Positions 35,156-47,513 of a DNA stretch of 47,513 bases are shown here, piece by piece. The DNA comes from Octopus bimaculoides (Eukaryota). The notes beneath the pieces were generated by a model, which was not told the origin of the DNA, made no database searches, and was given only the letters and a program-made list of their open reading frames with translations. The stretch covers positions 6,480,106 to 6,527,618 of the forward strand of contig NC_068996.1 in NCBI RefSeq assembly GCF_001194135.2, given 5' to 3'. A program made the translations under genes and the position numbers. Positions within the stretch are counted from its first letter, which is position 1. Each line of letters begins with the position of its first letter.

Positions 35156-35424
35156 CATAACGCCAATAACTTTACAGTGTACTGAGTGCTTTTTATATGG
35201 CACCAGGTTGAGTATATAAATTCATGAGATTGTGTTTGAATGAAAAGAACATTTACAAATTTATTTCTAAAAAAATCACAATATCGTTCCTGGTTTTAAA
35301 AGTTCATAGAAATATTAATGACAGACTAGAGTCAATCACTTCTACACTGATGTAATAATGCCAACCCATTGCTATTCATGTCTCTTGTATACAACCCAGC
35401 TGGGGCATGGAATTTACAGCTATT

Positions 35425-35875
35425 GTGAAGTGCAGGTGTGGCTGTGTGGTAAGAAATTTGTTTGCTTCCAAACCACATGGTTTCAGGTTGAGTCCTACTG
35501 TGTAGCATTTTGGGCAAGTGTCTTCAACAATAGACTTGAACTTACCAAACACTTGTGAGTGGATCTAGTAAATGGAAGCTGAAAGAAGCCTCTATATATA
35601 TGTACATATATGTGCATTTCTGTGTGTTACTGTCTCCTTGTATTGACATCACATGATAGTTGTAAACAAATATCATCATCATTATGTGAGCAGTATACTT
35701 CATTATTAATCTTCCATGAAAACATGTCTGGTCAAGGAGAAATATTACCTTACTTGGAAACAGGTGAAGGTTGGTGACAAGAAGGGCATCCAACTAGAGA
35801 AAAACTGCCAAAACAAATTCTGTCCAATACATGTAAGCATGCAAATGTGGACATTAAAATGATGATTCCTGCTGG
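35425..35875 (+). mobile_element. tRNA-SINE type A head/core with an RTE-derived tail (type D)
   Basis: Type A head and core, then GAAGGGCATCCAACTAGAGAAA...CATGCAAATGTGGACATTAAAATGATGAT, homologous to the RTE 3' end. Related copies at 44585-44948 (+) and 45365-45590 (-). Confidence 0.7.
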
Positions 35876-36222
35876 TGACAACAATTCCATTTTCATGTAA
35901 TTCACATGGTCAAGTATATATCTTGACCTAATTTCTAACATAGGGAAATAGTTCAGCATGCTTTATTTCTGGCATTTTCTTGAGTGTTTCTGCGCATCCA
36001 CTGGTCTGTCACTGATTTTCCCAACCCACAAAACTCTCTCTCTCAACACTACACTCCTCAGTGTATTCTCCCATATTCTTCAGTATCTTCAATAAAACAC
36101 AACTCCCCACCCCCAAATCACAACTTATAATAGCACGTAATTTAGTATTTTTCCTATTACTTTTTTTTACCATCAGAAATAGAAATAATTTTTTAAAACA
36201 CATTTGTCAACAAATATTTGCA

Positions 36223-36470
36223 TAGGCGCAGGAGTGGCTGTGTGGTAAGTAGCTTGCTTACCAACTACATGGTTCCGGATTCAGTCCCACTGCGTGGCAT
36301 CTTGGACAAGTGTCTTCTACTATAGCCTCGGGCCAACTAAAGCCTTGTGAGTGGATTTGGTAGACGGAAACTGAAAGAAGCCCATCATATATATGTATAT
36401 ATATGTATATGTATGTGTTTGTGTGTCTGTGTTTGTCACCCGACTATTGCTTGACAACCAATGCTGGTGT
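36223..36470 (+). mobile_element. 3'-truncated tRNA-SINE type A
   Basis: TAGGCGCAGGAGTGGCTGTGTGG... homology stops after GCTGGTGT. Confidence 0.85.
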
Positions 36471-36670
36471 CTGAGAGTATACAGACAAGAAGTTAGAGAT
36501 ATGACCAATGTAGCATGGATATGATCATTTGTTTTGTTGAAGGGTCTAATTCTGCTTAAGCAGAAGTTTGTTTTCATGCGTAACATCATCAACATCTATC
36601 TGTTTACAATGATGATATTCATCCAGACCGCATATGACCAGCTCCTCAGAAATGATCATTTGCTGCATAT

Positions 36671-36834
36671 GTGTAGGAGTGGCTGTGTGGTAAGTAGCTT
36701 GCTTACCAACCACATGGTTCTGGGTTCAGTCCCACTGCGTGGCACCTTGGGCAAGTGTCTTCTACTATAGCCTCGGGCTGACCAAAGCCTTGTGAGTGGA
36801 TTTGGTAGACAGAAACTGAAAGAAGCCCGTCGTA

Positions 36835-36883
<49 letters not shown>

Positions 36884-37105
36884 GTATGTGCGTGTGTATG
36901 TTTGTGTGTCTGTGTTTGTCACCCCCAACATCGCTTGACAACCGATGCTGGTGTGTTTAGATCCCTGTAACTTAGTGGTTCGGCAGAAGAAACCGATAGA
37001 ATAAGTACTAGGCTTACAAAGAGTAAGTTCTGGGGTCAATTTGCTCGACTAAAGGCGGTGCTCCAGCATGGCCACAGTCAAATGACTGAAACAAGTAAAA
37101 GAGTA
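36671..37105 (+). mobile_element. Full-length tRNA-SINE type A with internal (TA)n
   Basis: Same head, core and tail as 30311-30702. Confidence 0.9.
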
Positions 37106-37122
37106 TGTGTGTGTGTGCACGC

Positions 37123-37162
<40 letters not shown>

Positions 37163-37849
37163 ACATGCATGCACACTGTGAATTTCATGCTTAGAACAAC
37201 AACATTTAGTGGTTATGTCACAGGTGGTGCTCCTTTTTGTGATTAAAAAAGAAGTCACTTATCTATGAAAGTAATTATGGTAGGTTTAATGAGCATTTAA
37301 GAAACTACTCGTGTTAACAACATTATTTGTTATGGAATGAACAAATGAGATAAAATTGTGTAACCTAAGTTAATGATAGACAAGGCAACTTCAATCTCTA
37401 GAACAGCAAGCTTTATGAGACATTGGTTATCATAATTTGGGCCATACCACCAAAATAAAAATTCTTTAAACACTGTGCATAGTGCTGAGTATACCTTAGA
37501 TTAGACTAGGTAATTTGTAAAAATACATTAAATCAGATATAACGATTATGTTACAAAATTTTAGTTAAAAATTGTGATGTTGTATTCCAAATGTCATAAA
37601 ATTCCACATACAGATCAAATGTTGCAAGTTGACTATGCCAGGTCTACGAGAATACAATTATGAGTAATATGACCTGGATCTAAAGTTAAATTAATGATGG
37701 AACAAGATAGACAGATAAAAAGCTAATAGGTAAACAATTACTTGCTAAATTTAAACCACACTTGTTATTTTGTTGCTTGTTTCAGTCGCTGAACTGCAGG
37801 TATGGCGGAGTACTACCTTGATAGGTTTTAGTTGATTATATTGACAACA

Positions 37850-38131
37850 GTACTTTGTTACCTATTTCATTGTTCTCAAAGGGAGTTTTAATACATATTT
37901 CATTGTTCTAAAAGGGGTGCTTTGTTACAGATTTCATTGTTCTAAAAGGGTGCTTTATTATATATTTCATTGTTCAATGTTACATGTTACATTATTCTAA
38001 AAGGGTATTTTGCTACATGCTCCATTGTCCTAAAAGGGTACTTTGCTACATGTTTCATTGTTCTAAAAAGGTACTTTGTTACATGCTTCATTGTTCTAAA
38101 AAGGTACTTTGTTACATATTTCATTGTTCTA
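37850..38131. repeat. 33-bp minisatellite, about 8 units
   Basis: Consensus TTTCATTGTTCTAAAAGGGTACTTTGTTACATA; adjacent units with no spacers. Confidence 0.9.
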
Positions 38132-38697
38132 CAATAGCAAAATGGGGAAATAATTCAATTGATCATTCATATTATAGGATATTTCTGTTCAATTGCATTG
38201 GCTCCTATGCAAGGTTGATAAGAACACACACACACACACACACCAGACTTCCTTACAGTCTCTTCTACTAAAATCTCACTAACAAAGTATTGGTAAGTTC
38301 AAAGTTATGTCATAAGATACTTGCCAAAGGTGTCGTGTATGGAGATCAAATCCACAAACTTGTGGTTGTTGTGTTGCAAATTTTTTAACAGCACAGCCAA
38401 TGCATGTGCCCATGAACAATCAATCAGACCTTTTGTTTCAAATGAGATATCAATTAATTAATAGAATAAAAATAATATAAACAACAAAAATAAATTTCCA
38501 TTTTAACTAATTCTAGCATTCATTTTGTTCAGATTTAGAATACTATGGAATCCATTTAACTATAATTTATTAAAGTTCCTTACACAATTCAATTCCATTG
38601 CAAGGCACCTTTGGCAGATGTCTCTGGGCTGACCAAAACATTGTGAATGGATTTGCTAGACAGAAACTGAAAGAAGTCCATTGTGCACGTATGTTTA

Positions 38698-38734
<37 letters not shown>

Positions 38735-38762
38735 GTATATGNNNNNNNNNNNNNNNNNNNNN

Positions 38763-38823
<61 letters not shown>

Positions 38824-38836
38824 TATATATATATTT

Positions 38837-39546
38837 ATCATCATCATCGTTTAATGTCCGCTTTCCATGCCTGCATGGGTTGAACAGTTTGACTGAGGAC
38901 TGGCAAACTAGGAGGTTGCATCAGGTTCCAATCTGCTCTGGCAAGGTTTCTACAGCTGGATGCCCTTTCTAATACCAACCACTCCAAGAGTATAGTGGGT
39001 GCTTTTTATGTGCCACTGGCACTAGTATTGACCATTCTTGAATGGTACTTTTTACATGCCACCAGCACGGGTGTCAGTCAGGCAGCACTGGCATCAACCA
39101 CATTTGAGTGGTGCTTTTTACGTGCCACCGGCATCAACCACTACTACAATTTCACTTGACTCAACAGGTCTTCTCAAGCACAGTATATTGCCTGATGATT
39201 GAAGGGTACTTTTAAACGGGCTGGTTATGCGACACTGACATCGGCCACAGCTACAATGTCATTTGGCTTGCCAGGTCTTCTCAAGCACAGCATATCTCCA
39301 AAAGTCTCGTTTGCCTGTCATGCATCTCTGTAAGGCCCAATATTTGAAAGTTGTGATTCACCACCCCATCCTATGTCTTCCTAAGGTCTACCTCTTTCAC
39401 AGGTTCCCTCCACTGTTAGGGTGTGACACTTCTTCACACAGCTGTCCTCATCCATACGCAACACATGACCATACCAGCACAATCATCTCTTTCACAACAC
39501 TTCTGATGCTTCTTATGTCCAACTTTTCTCTAAGGGCACTTACACT
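38837..39546 (-). mobile_element. RTE LINE 3' fragment (end of ORF2 + 3' UTR + (GAT)n)
   Basis: 39263-39546 is the reverse complement of the ORF end at 45790-46080; the tail ATCATCATCGTTTAATGTCCG starts at 38837. Confidence 0.85.
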
Positions 39547-41495
39547 GCAAATGTTTTCTGAGATGTCTTTAAGATAATTCATGAAGGTAACGAAGTCTAT
39601 GGTTGACAGTAATGCAGATTAGAATTGATAATTTCTCTCCAATGCAACCAGATAAGGATACCATTTTGGCTCTGATACATTTGCCAACCTGTAAAAGGCT
39701 TCTATGATAAAAAAGAAAAACAAACAAACTTGTATGCACTTTTGTAGTCAATGAAGAGATGATGAAGTGTGAAAGGTGATTAGATTAGATAATGAAGCGA
39801 ATAGAGGTAAGGTTATGCCCTGCAGAGGACTTAAGTGATCTCAAAGCTTTTCATTTGATCTAAGTCCTTAGGTAAACATACAGGTAGTGAAGACAATGTC
39901 CTTAAGAACCTACCTATGCTAATGACCTATTTCTCACTACATAAACTGTCAAAGTAAATAAATAAATGAAAACAGCAGAAGTTAAAAGTGTAGAGGTATG
40001 TGTGGGCTTAAGAGAAAACATTTTGAAGTGACACTGTCAAGGTAAAAAAAAGAGTATTAAGCAGGGTCCACAAAATCCAAATAGTGTCAATTAATTGGCA
40101 TTGCTCGGTATGCAGCAAGTGATTAGACAGTAATTCAATACTGTGTAGTCAGTGCAAACAGTCACTATGGGAACCAGGACTGTAAAATGTACCAGATACA
40201 CTAGAACAAATACGAGCTAAAGACTATGTTTTGCATGGATTGTTCACTGGAATTAGGACAGAAGTTCTATTACATAGGTGACATAATCAATACTGGTTGG
40301 TGGTGGAGGAGCAGGTGATATTGTAGAGATGAACTGGATTAGAGAAGAATGGGAAATAAAAGTATACAGGTGAACTGATCATGAATGCTTAAAAAAAATG
40401 TGTTTTATCTCTTAGTTTGAAAAGAGGAATATACAAGGCTTATGTTGATATATTGCTGTGAATGTAGAAAGATGAATCCAATCTTGTCTGTGTAACTCTA
40501 AATTGAGAGAGGGAGCAAGGGAAAATCTGAGAATAGTTCAATTAAGAAAAAGACTTATCATAGCATTCACATTCTTTTTATGATTTTGACTGATTTTATA
40601 ACTAGTTTCAAAACAGACGGATGATTCACTCAGTAACTACTCTGAGTTTCTCTCATGTGATCATTCAAATAACTTGCACATATGTTGTGTATGTGTGTGC
40701 ATACATTTGTGTATATATATATATATATTAAACGTAAATTGAAAACAGAACACAAAGGATATCGCGGTACACGTGTTTCAAGCTTTATACACAAACTGTC
40801 ATTATATGAGTATATAATTGATATAAAGGATGGTTTAAAGCTATCTTCAGCTGCAAACATCTTCAATCCAAAAATTACATCACAAAGAAAAGAGAAAAAG
40901 AGAGAAAAAAAAGAAAAGTCCACTTAGTATTATCCATTATGCCACTATCTGGCATATACAGGTGCTTACACTTATCAAGTATTACCTCTAAAATTTACAG
41001 TACTTACGTGNNNNNNNNNNGAAGCTTAGAAAATGAATAAATATATATATATGCATGAATCTGTGTACCTGTGTACACATGCATGCACTTGTGTATACAA
41101 AATTTTTGCACTTGGTTTCAAGAATGGCATCTTACTAAACATACAATCAAAATACAAACCATTAAGGACAGCCAAAATGATCCAACCAACCGATTCCAGA
41201 ATGGAAAGCAGTCATATATACATGCAACTTTCTTCGATTTTAGGATAAGATGATTTTATACCGAATTTTGTTCGTTGCATGCAACTGGTTATGGTAAAGA
41301 CCGTTAGTCAAAAGGACCAATGAAACAAAACCATTTCCAAATGTATATCCATTAAACTAATTGTATGTGTTTACTTATAACCTTATTTTTGTTCCATTCT
41401 AAACAAAATTGTCCAACAAACAGGAACATGAAACTCTGAGCAACGGTTTTTGTGATATTTTTGCTGCTTTTTAATAAAGTATATACACATATATA

Positions 41496-41679
41496 NNNNN
41501 NNNNNNNNNNNNNNNNNNNNNNNNNNNNNNNNNNNNNNNNNNNNNNNNNNNNNNNNNNNNNNNNNNNNNNNNNNNNNNNNNNNNNNNNNNNNNNNTATAT
41601 ATATACACATATATATATATATATATACATATAAATATACATATAAATATACATATAAAGGAAATACATATACATATAA

Positions 41680-41720
<41 letters not shown>

Positions 41721-41781
41721 AATACATATACATATACATATAAATACATATACATATACATATACATAATACATATACATA
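41496..41781. other. 100-N assembly gap followed by (TACATA)n; other gaps at 34556-34565, 38742-38762, 41011-41020, 46478-46487
   Basis: N runs seen directly; most lie inside microsatellites or repeats. Confidence 0.95.
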
Positions 41782-42194
41782 TAAAGGAAAATATGAGCAC
41801 TACCATTTACTAGTTATTTTTTTATGTACTATATTGTATCTTTAGAATAAGGTGTTTATGATATATTTATTTTCTGAAGGGTATGAATTATATATATATA
41901 TATAATTGCTATTGTTACTGGTGGTGGTGGTCATGTTGTTGTAGATGGTGATGATGATGTTGATGACGATGATGGTGATGAAGACTGATAGTCCAAGTTA
42001 AAAGAATTCAATATATTATTAGCATATCACAAGGCAATGTAGAAAAAAATTCTTCTTCATTGGGCAGAGGCACCTGTAATGGCCAAACACACTGCAGATG
42101 TTGCCTTGCTAAACTGTGGAATTTTGTAATACAAAACTTTTATTTTCCCTATTAACTTCTAAGTTACACACATTTTGCATCACAGAACTCCATA

Positions 42195-42398
42195 TTAACT
42201 CTTTTCCATTTAAACTGGTTATATCCAGCTTAAATAGTTACCTGTTTTGTGTTGAATACACCCAAATCTGGCCTCTCATATATCTACCATACACTGTTAT
42301 TCTAAAAACTAAACAATCACGCCATCAAAATCTCAAAGCTACAAGATTAATTGAAAATAACGTGAACTGTTAGAGTAAGCTGAATGCTAAAGGGTTAA
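42195..42398 (-). mobile_element. piggyBac-like MITE
   Basis: Ends AATGCTAAAGGGTTAA; the left end is degenerate (TTAACTCTTTTCCATT). Confidence 0.7.
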
Positions 42399-42677
42399 AA
42401 TGAGGTTTTTCATAAATGCAATGCTGTCTGTAAAGTGGGTGAGGCTTGTACCAACAAAAACTTACAGTTATTTATCAATCCCAGTGTTGACCAAATATAA
42501 GGTGAATCTCAGTTCAGTTGAAAATCCAAAGGGAAATAAAGCAGGCCTCAAGACAGGCATTACTGTATCAACTTGTGTGTTATGTAAGAAATTTAGTTCT
42601 AGGATAATAATTTTGAGGCAAATAAAAGATAAAAAGGGATAAAATATATTTAATGAATTTTAGATTAAAAAAAAAAA

Positions 42678-43100
42678 TAGGCGCAGGAGTGGCTGTGTGG
42701 TAAGTAGCTTGCTTACCAACCACATGGTTCCAGGTTCAATCCCACTGCGTGGCATCTTGGGCAAGTGTCTCCTACTATAGTCTCGGGCCGACCAAAGCCT
42801 TGTGAGTTGATTTGGTAGACGAAAACTGAAAGAAGCCCGTCGTATAAATGTATACATGTATGTATATATGTCTCTATATATATATATATGTGTGTGTGTG
42901 TATATGTTTGTGTGTCTGTGTTTGTCCCCCCCAACATCGCTTGGTGTGTTTACGTCCCCGTAACTTAACAGTTCGGCAAAAAGAGACCAATAGAATAAGT
43001 TCTAGGCTTACAAAAATAAGTCCTGGGGATCGATTTGCTCGACTAAAGGCAGTGCTCCAGCATGGCCACAGTCAAATGACTGAAACAAGTAAAAAAGTAA
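42678..43100 (+). mobile_element. Full-length tRNA-SINE type A
   Basis: TAGGCGCAGGAGTGGC...GGTTCAATCCC...TGACTGAAACAAGTAAAA. Confidence 0.9.
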
Positions 43101-44007
43101 GAGAGAGAGAGAGAGAGAGTCGCATTTGTTCAAGACTACATTTGAGTAAATGTGGTAACTCTTGTTCTACCTTAAGCAGTTTGTTGTAGTTGAGTCCACA
43201 GATATATCTCAGCTGATCAAACCTATGATCAGTGACCATCCCACCTTTATAGTCTTTCTGGTAAAATTTTATTATCCAATGTGTCTTCCTCCCACCCTTT
43301 CTTTTTTTTTTTTTTAAGAAAGTAGGACAAGATATGAGGATGTTTTGGCTGCTATTTATAATAGAATGCCATGCAGACACCCACTACTGATTTCAGTAAG
43401 GAAAGAAAAGATTAAACAATGTAAACCTAAGCACTCTAAAAGAATGGGATGGTCAGGGTTGGAATGCCTTTAATCACCAGTTTGCTTAATCAGGGTAGAG
43501 CAGAGACTAAACAACAAAGCAACTCATGATAAACTTGAACTCATGTAAATATATTCCAAATAACAAAGATTACTCAGAGAGAATTTAAGTCATTTGAGAC
43601 AATATAATAGTTTTATTTTCTTTGTCCAGATGTTTTTATGTCTACTAACTTGTCATAAGTATCAATCTTAACAAAATAACTTAAAGCTGATCATTTATAT
43701 AAATCATAAAAGCAGATTGATCTTAATTAAGCATTACTGAAACAAGATCAGAGCTGATATACGTCAACAGATTGCACAAATTAGATAAAACTACTTCCTT
43801 TTGTCACTGATTGTTGACACTTATTTTAATAAACTCCTACTGAGATATAATTTAGATGTCATATCAGAATAAAGTCAATTTTTAAATATTTGAAGTTCGT
43901 GTTGAAATCTATAAACAAACTGTTGTAATTCATTAAAATCTAAACTAAAAGCTGGTAAATAATTTACACACACACACAGATGTATATAAAGATATACATA
44001 CATAAAC

Positions 44008-44043
<36 letters not shown>

Positions 44044-44584
44044 TGCTGTTTTGTTATGAGTCTAGAGCAGTGCACCATAGCTGGTATACCATGGCACACT
44101 TGTATGTCACGACACGAATGCTAGGTGTGCTGCAATGTAACCTAAACATAAATTTTTTCTCTATACCTCAAGTTATATTTTTAGTTCAGGTGTGCCACCA
44201 AATAAAAAAAAGGTTATGGAGTACTGGTCTCGGAGCAGTCACTGCTTTAAATCTAATTAATTGCAGTGTTCCTGTTTTCCACATATGCACTTTTACCTTT
44301 AATACTTTTGATATTCTTATCAAAAGCTTCTGATAGCTTTTCTCTTTTATCTTTATACTCAGGAATGTGGTTTTTACATATCAATGAACTTACTGGGTTG
44401 TTACATAACTGCTTATCTTACTGGTTCAATAATCAGATTCAGTATTTATCCAGATTTCCACCTGATGGATCAATCTTTATATTTTTAGATTTTGAGTTAA
44501 TCAAATTACCTGTAGTTGAAATACTTTTCGTGTTACTTACACAATAAAGAAATGAAACTTGGGCAAAATTTCTAATTATGATCT

Positions 44585-44948
44585 TTCACCTGTATGGCAC
44601 CTTGGGCAAATGTCTACTGTCATAACTCCAGGCCAACCAAGGCCTTGAGAGAATTTGGTAGATGGAAACTGAAAGAAGCTTGTTGTGTATCTGTGTATAT
44701 ATGTATCTGTGCATGTAACTGTCTCCTTGCCTTGACGCTGTATGATAGTTATAAACAAATGTTACCATCATACAGTGTCCTCTATTCATCTTCTGTTAAA
44801 ATATATAGTTATAGAAAATATTACTTTGATTCGAAACAGGTGAGGGTTGGTAACAGGAAGGACATCTGGGGGTAGAAAATTCACCTCAACAAAAACTTTG
44901 TCCAACATATGCATGCATAGGAAAGTGGACAAGTAAACAATGATGATG
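44585..44948 (+). mobile_element. Type D SINE (5'-truncated)
   Basis: GGCACCTTGGGCAAATGTC core, GAAACAGGTGAGGGTTGG, tail GGAAAGTGGACAAGTAAACAATGATGATG. Confidence 0.7.
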
Positions 44949-45687
44949 GATACAATCAAGGATGTTCATTGAATTAGCAAGTAAATGGGTGAATATCCCA
45001 TAGAAATATTCTCTTAACATAATTCTGAACAAAACTGGACTTCAGAATTACGGAACAATCTGACATGCTCCAACACAGTGTCCTAACAAGACAATTATCA
45101 ATCTGAGGCCACAGTAAAAGGCTACATGCAATGCAGCAGAACTGAACACTAGGTTTTTGATTGAAAAAGCAACTCCTTCACCGTTTGGCTACACTATATT
45201 CACTCTACACATAAAGGTGTGTATGTGCATGTCTGTATGTGCATGTGTGCATACAAAAATGCATACATGGTGGTTATCCTCATATGTCAAGGAAGACCAT
45301 CACTGACCATTGCCCACACAAAATGTCAGCAATGCCTGTGCATAAGGTTATTGCACCCACTATCACCAACTTCACCTGTTTCAAAGTAAGGCAATATTAC
45401 CCATACTCCTTCAAAATGAACAATACAATTTGCCAGACATATTTGCACTGAAGATTTCAAATTAGCAATACCATAGAACGTCTTGCTTTTGTAATGCTAA
45501 TGTTTGCTTGCAGTGTCAAGGAAAGAAGACATGAACACACTCATGCACACATACACACACATATATGGTAGGCTTCTTTCAGTATCTATTTAAACTTGAG
45601 TACTACGTAATTGGGCTGTTGTGGATAGCCTGCATCTATACCATTTTAGGAGATAATTCAGTATCGACCAGGATAATTTATCCATTT

Positions 45688-46838
45688 TATGGCAGTGAAA
45701 TATGGGCCGTGACTGCTGAGGACATGCGGACGCTTGCAAGAAATAAAGCCAGTATGCTCCAATGGATGTGTAATGTCAGTGTGCATACTCGACAGAGTGT
45801 AAGTACCTTCAGAGAAAAGTTGGACCTAAGGAGCATCAGATGTGGTGTACAAGAGAGATGACTGTGTTGGTATGGTCATGTGGTGAGAATGGATGAGGAT
45901 AGCTGTGTGAAAAAGTGTCACACCCTAGCAGTTGAGGGAACCTGTGGAAGAGGTCGACCCAGGAAGACCTGGGATAAGGTGGTGAAGCACAACCTTCGAA
46001 CATTAGGCCTCACCAAGGCAATGACTAGTGACCGAGACCTTTGGAAATATGCTGTGCGTGAGAAGACCTGGCAAGCCAAGTGAGACCATAACCCATGGCC
46101 TTTGCCAGGGGTGTAGCCAGTCCACTTATGTGTACCTTTCCTTCATTGGACACTAAACTCTGCTTGCGAAGACCTGTTGAGGCAAGTGAAATCGAAATCA
46201 AACCAGATTTGACAACTGGCACCCATGCCAACCTTTCCTTCATTGGACACTAAACTGCTTGTGAAGACCTGTTGGGGCAAGTGAAATCGAAATCGAAATT
46301 GAGCCAAATTCAATGATTGGCACTCATGCCAGTGGAACGCTAACAGCACCGTCCAAGCATGACCTTTGCAGAGCAGCTGTCTGGCTTCCGTGCTAGTGGC
46401 CTGTAAATAGCACCATTTGAGCATGATCATTACCAGCATCGCCTTACTGGCACTTGTGCCAGTAGCATGTGAAAAATNNNNNNNNNNTCATTACCAGCAT
46501 CGCCTTACTGGCACTTGTGCCAGTAGCATGTGAAAAATCATTTGAGTGAGATCATAACCAATGCCGCTGGACTGGCTCCTGTGTAGGTAGCACATAAAAA
46601 ACACCATTTTGAGCATGGCCATTGCCAGTACCACCTGACTGGCCATCATACCGTGGCATGTAAAAGTACCCACTACACTCTCGGAGTGGTTGACATTAGG
46701 AAGGGCATCCAGCTGAAGAAACTCTGCCAAATCAGATTGGAGACTGGTGTAGCCATCTGGTTTCACCAGTCTTCAGTCAAATCGTCCAACCCATGCTAGC
46801 ATGGAAAGTGGACGTTAAACGATGATGATGATGATGAT
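45688..46838 (+). mobile_element. RTE-clade LINE 3' fragment: ORF2 C-terminus (45688-46083), long modular 3' UTR, (GAT)n tail
   Basis: YGSEIWAV...WMCNV...WYGHVVRM...EGTCGRGRPRKTW...DRDLWK is the typical RTE C-terminal pattern (one in-frame stop at 45859-45861); the tail is the same as the many short copies. Confidence 0.9.
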
Positions 46839-47205
46839 ATATATACACACACACACGTCGCATATATACATGTGTGGTTTCTGTCTTCTAAATCCATTTG
46901 CAAGGCTTTGATCAGTCTGATGATATAGTAAAAGACACTTGCCCTAAGTACTGAACCCCAAACCATATGATTGTGAAGGAAACTTCTTAACCACACATGT
47001 ATGTGTGTATGTGTGTGTATATAGAAACATACGCTCACCGGTAAAATTTCAACTTATTTCCTTTTTATTTTTCTAAAATTTTTGTTGCGTCTTGCAACCT
47101 TTTCAATAGTTTTGACTCAAAACTACCAGTGAGTGTGTTAAATTATAAGGCACCAAAAGAGAATGACTCTCTCCAGACACAACTGAATATGCTTCAACAC
47201 ACGAA

Positions 47206-47243
47206 CTCACATAAAGAATGTTGCAAACCAAATCCAATATATA

Positions 47244-47274
<31 letters not shown>

Positions 47275-47513
47275 GTTTAACGTCCGCTTTCCATGCTAGC
47301 ATGGGTTGGACGATTTGACTGAGGACAGGTGAAACCGGATGGCAACACCAGGCTCCAGTCTAATTTGGCAGAGTTTCTACAGCTGGATGCCCTTCCTAAC
47401 GCCAACCACTCAGAGAGTGTAGTGGGTGCTTTTACGTGTCACCCGCACGAAAACGGCCACGCTCGAAATGGTGTCTTTTATGTGCCACCCGCACAAGCCA
47501 GTCCAGGGGCACT
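47206..47513 (-). mobile_element. Young RTE 3'-tail copy (runs off the window)
   Basis: (ATC)n-GTTTAACGTCCGC...; near-identical to 1-243 and 15311-15600. Confidence 0.85.

Noticed and set aside
37850-38131. CRISPR-like appearance of 33-bp repeats
   Set aside because: Units are contiguous with no spacers, there are no cas genes, and the context is eukaryotic.
39569-39751. Strong pyrimidine tract plus AG near 39700 on minus as a host exon
   Set aside because: All frames stop within about 45 codons, no convincing donor, no recognisable protein.
46427-46538. Perfect 51-bp direct repeat
   Set aside because: Identical copies sit exactly on both sides of a 10-N gap, typical of an unmerged contig overlap.
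2409-47038. Recurrent short ORFs (THTHTH, YIYIYI, MVPGSVPLRGTLGKCLLL, MRTQVRNFPKTPDEGW)
   Set aside because: They are translations of microsatellites, SINE bodies or the hammerhead element, recurring wherever those repeats occur.

Overview
AT-rich, microsatellite-rich eukaryotic DNA. The repeat families look cephalopod, probably Octopus (inference from SINE/LINE sequence character). The only well-supported host coding sequence is one giant internal exon on the minus strand (5912-9309, 3398 nt, AG/GTAAGT boundaries, about 1132 codons of Ser/Gln/Pro-rich, probably disordered protein). The rest looks intronic or intergenic and is filled with mobile elements: RTE-clade LINE 3' ends, at least four tRNA-derived SINE types, piggyBac-like TTAA MITEs, a palindromic MITE, and decayed Tx1/L1, HERO-like and R4/Dong-like fragments. 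The most notable observation is a small composite retroelement present twice (3481-3913 and 32372-32757). It has a tRNA-like Pol III head, a body carrying a minimal type I hammerhead ribozyme of the Penelope-like-element kind, and an inverted copy of its own 3' part fused in front of the head. Almost all short ORFs in the supplied track come from SINEs, LINE fragments or microsatellites and are not genes.
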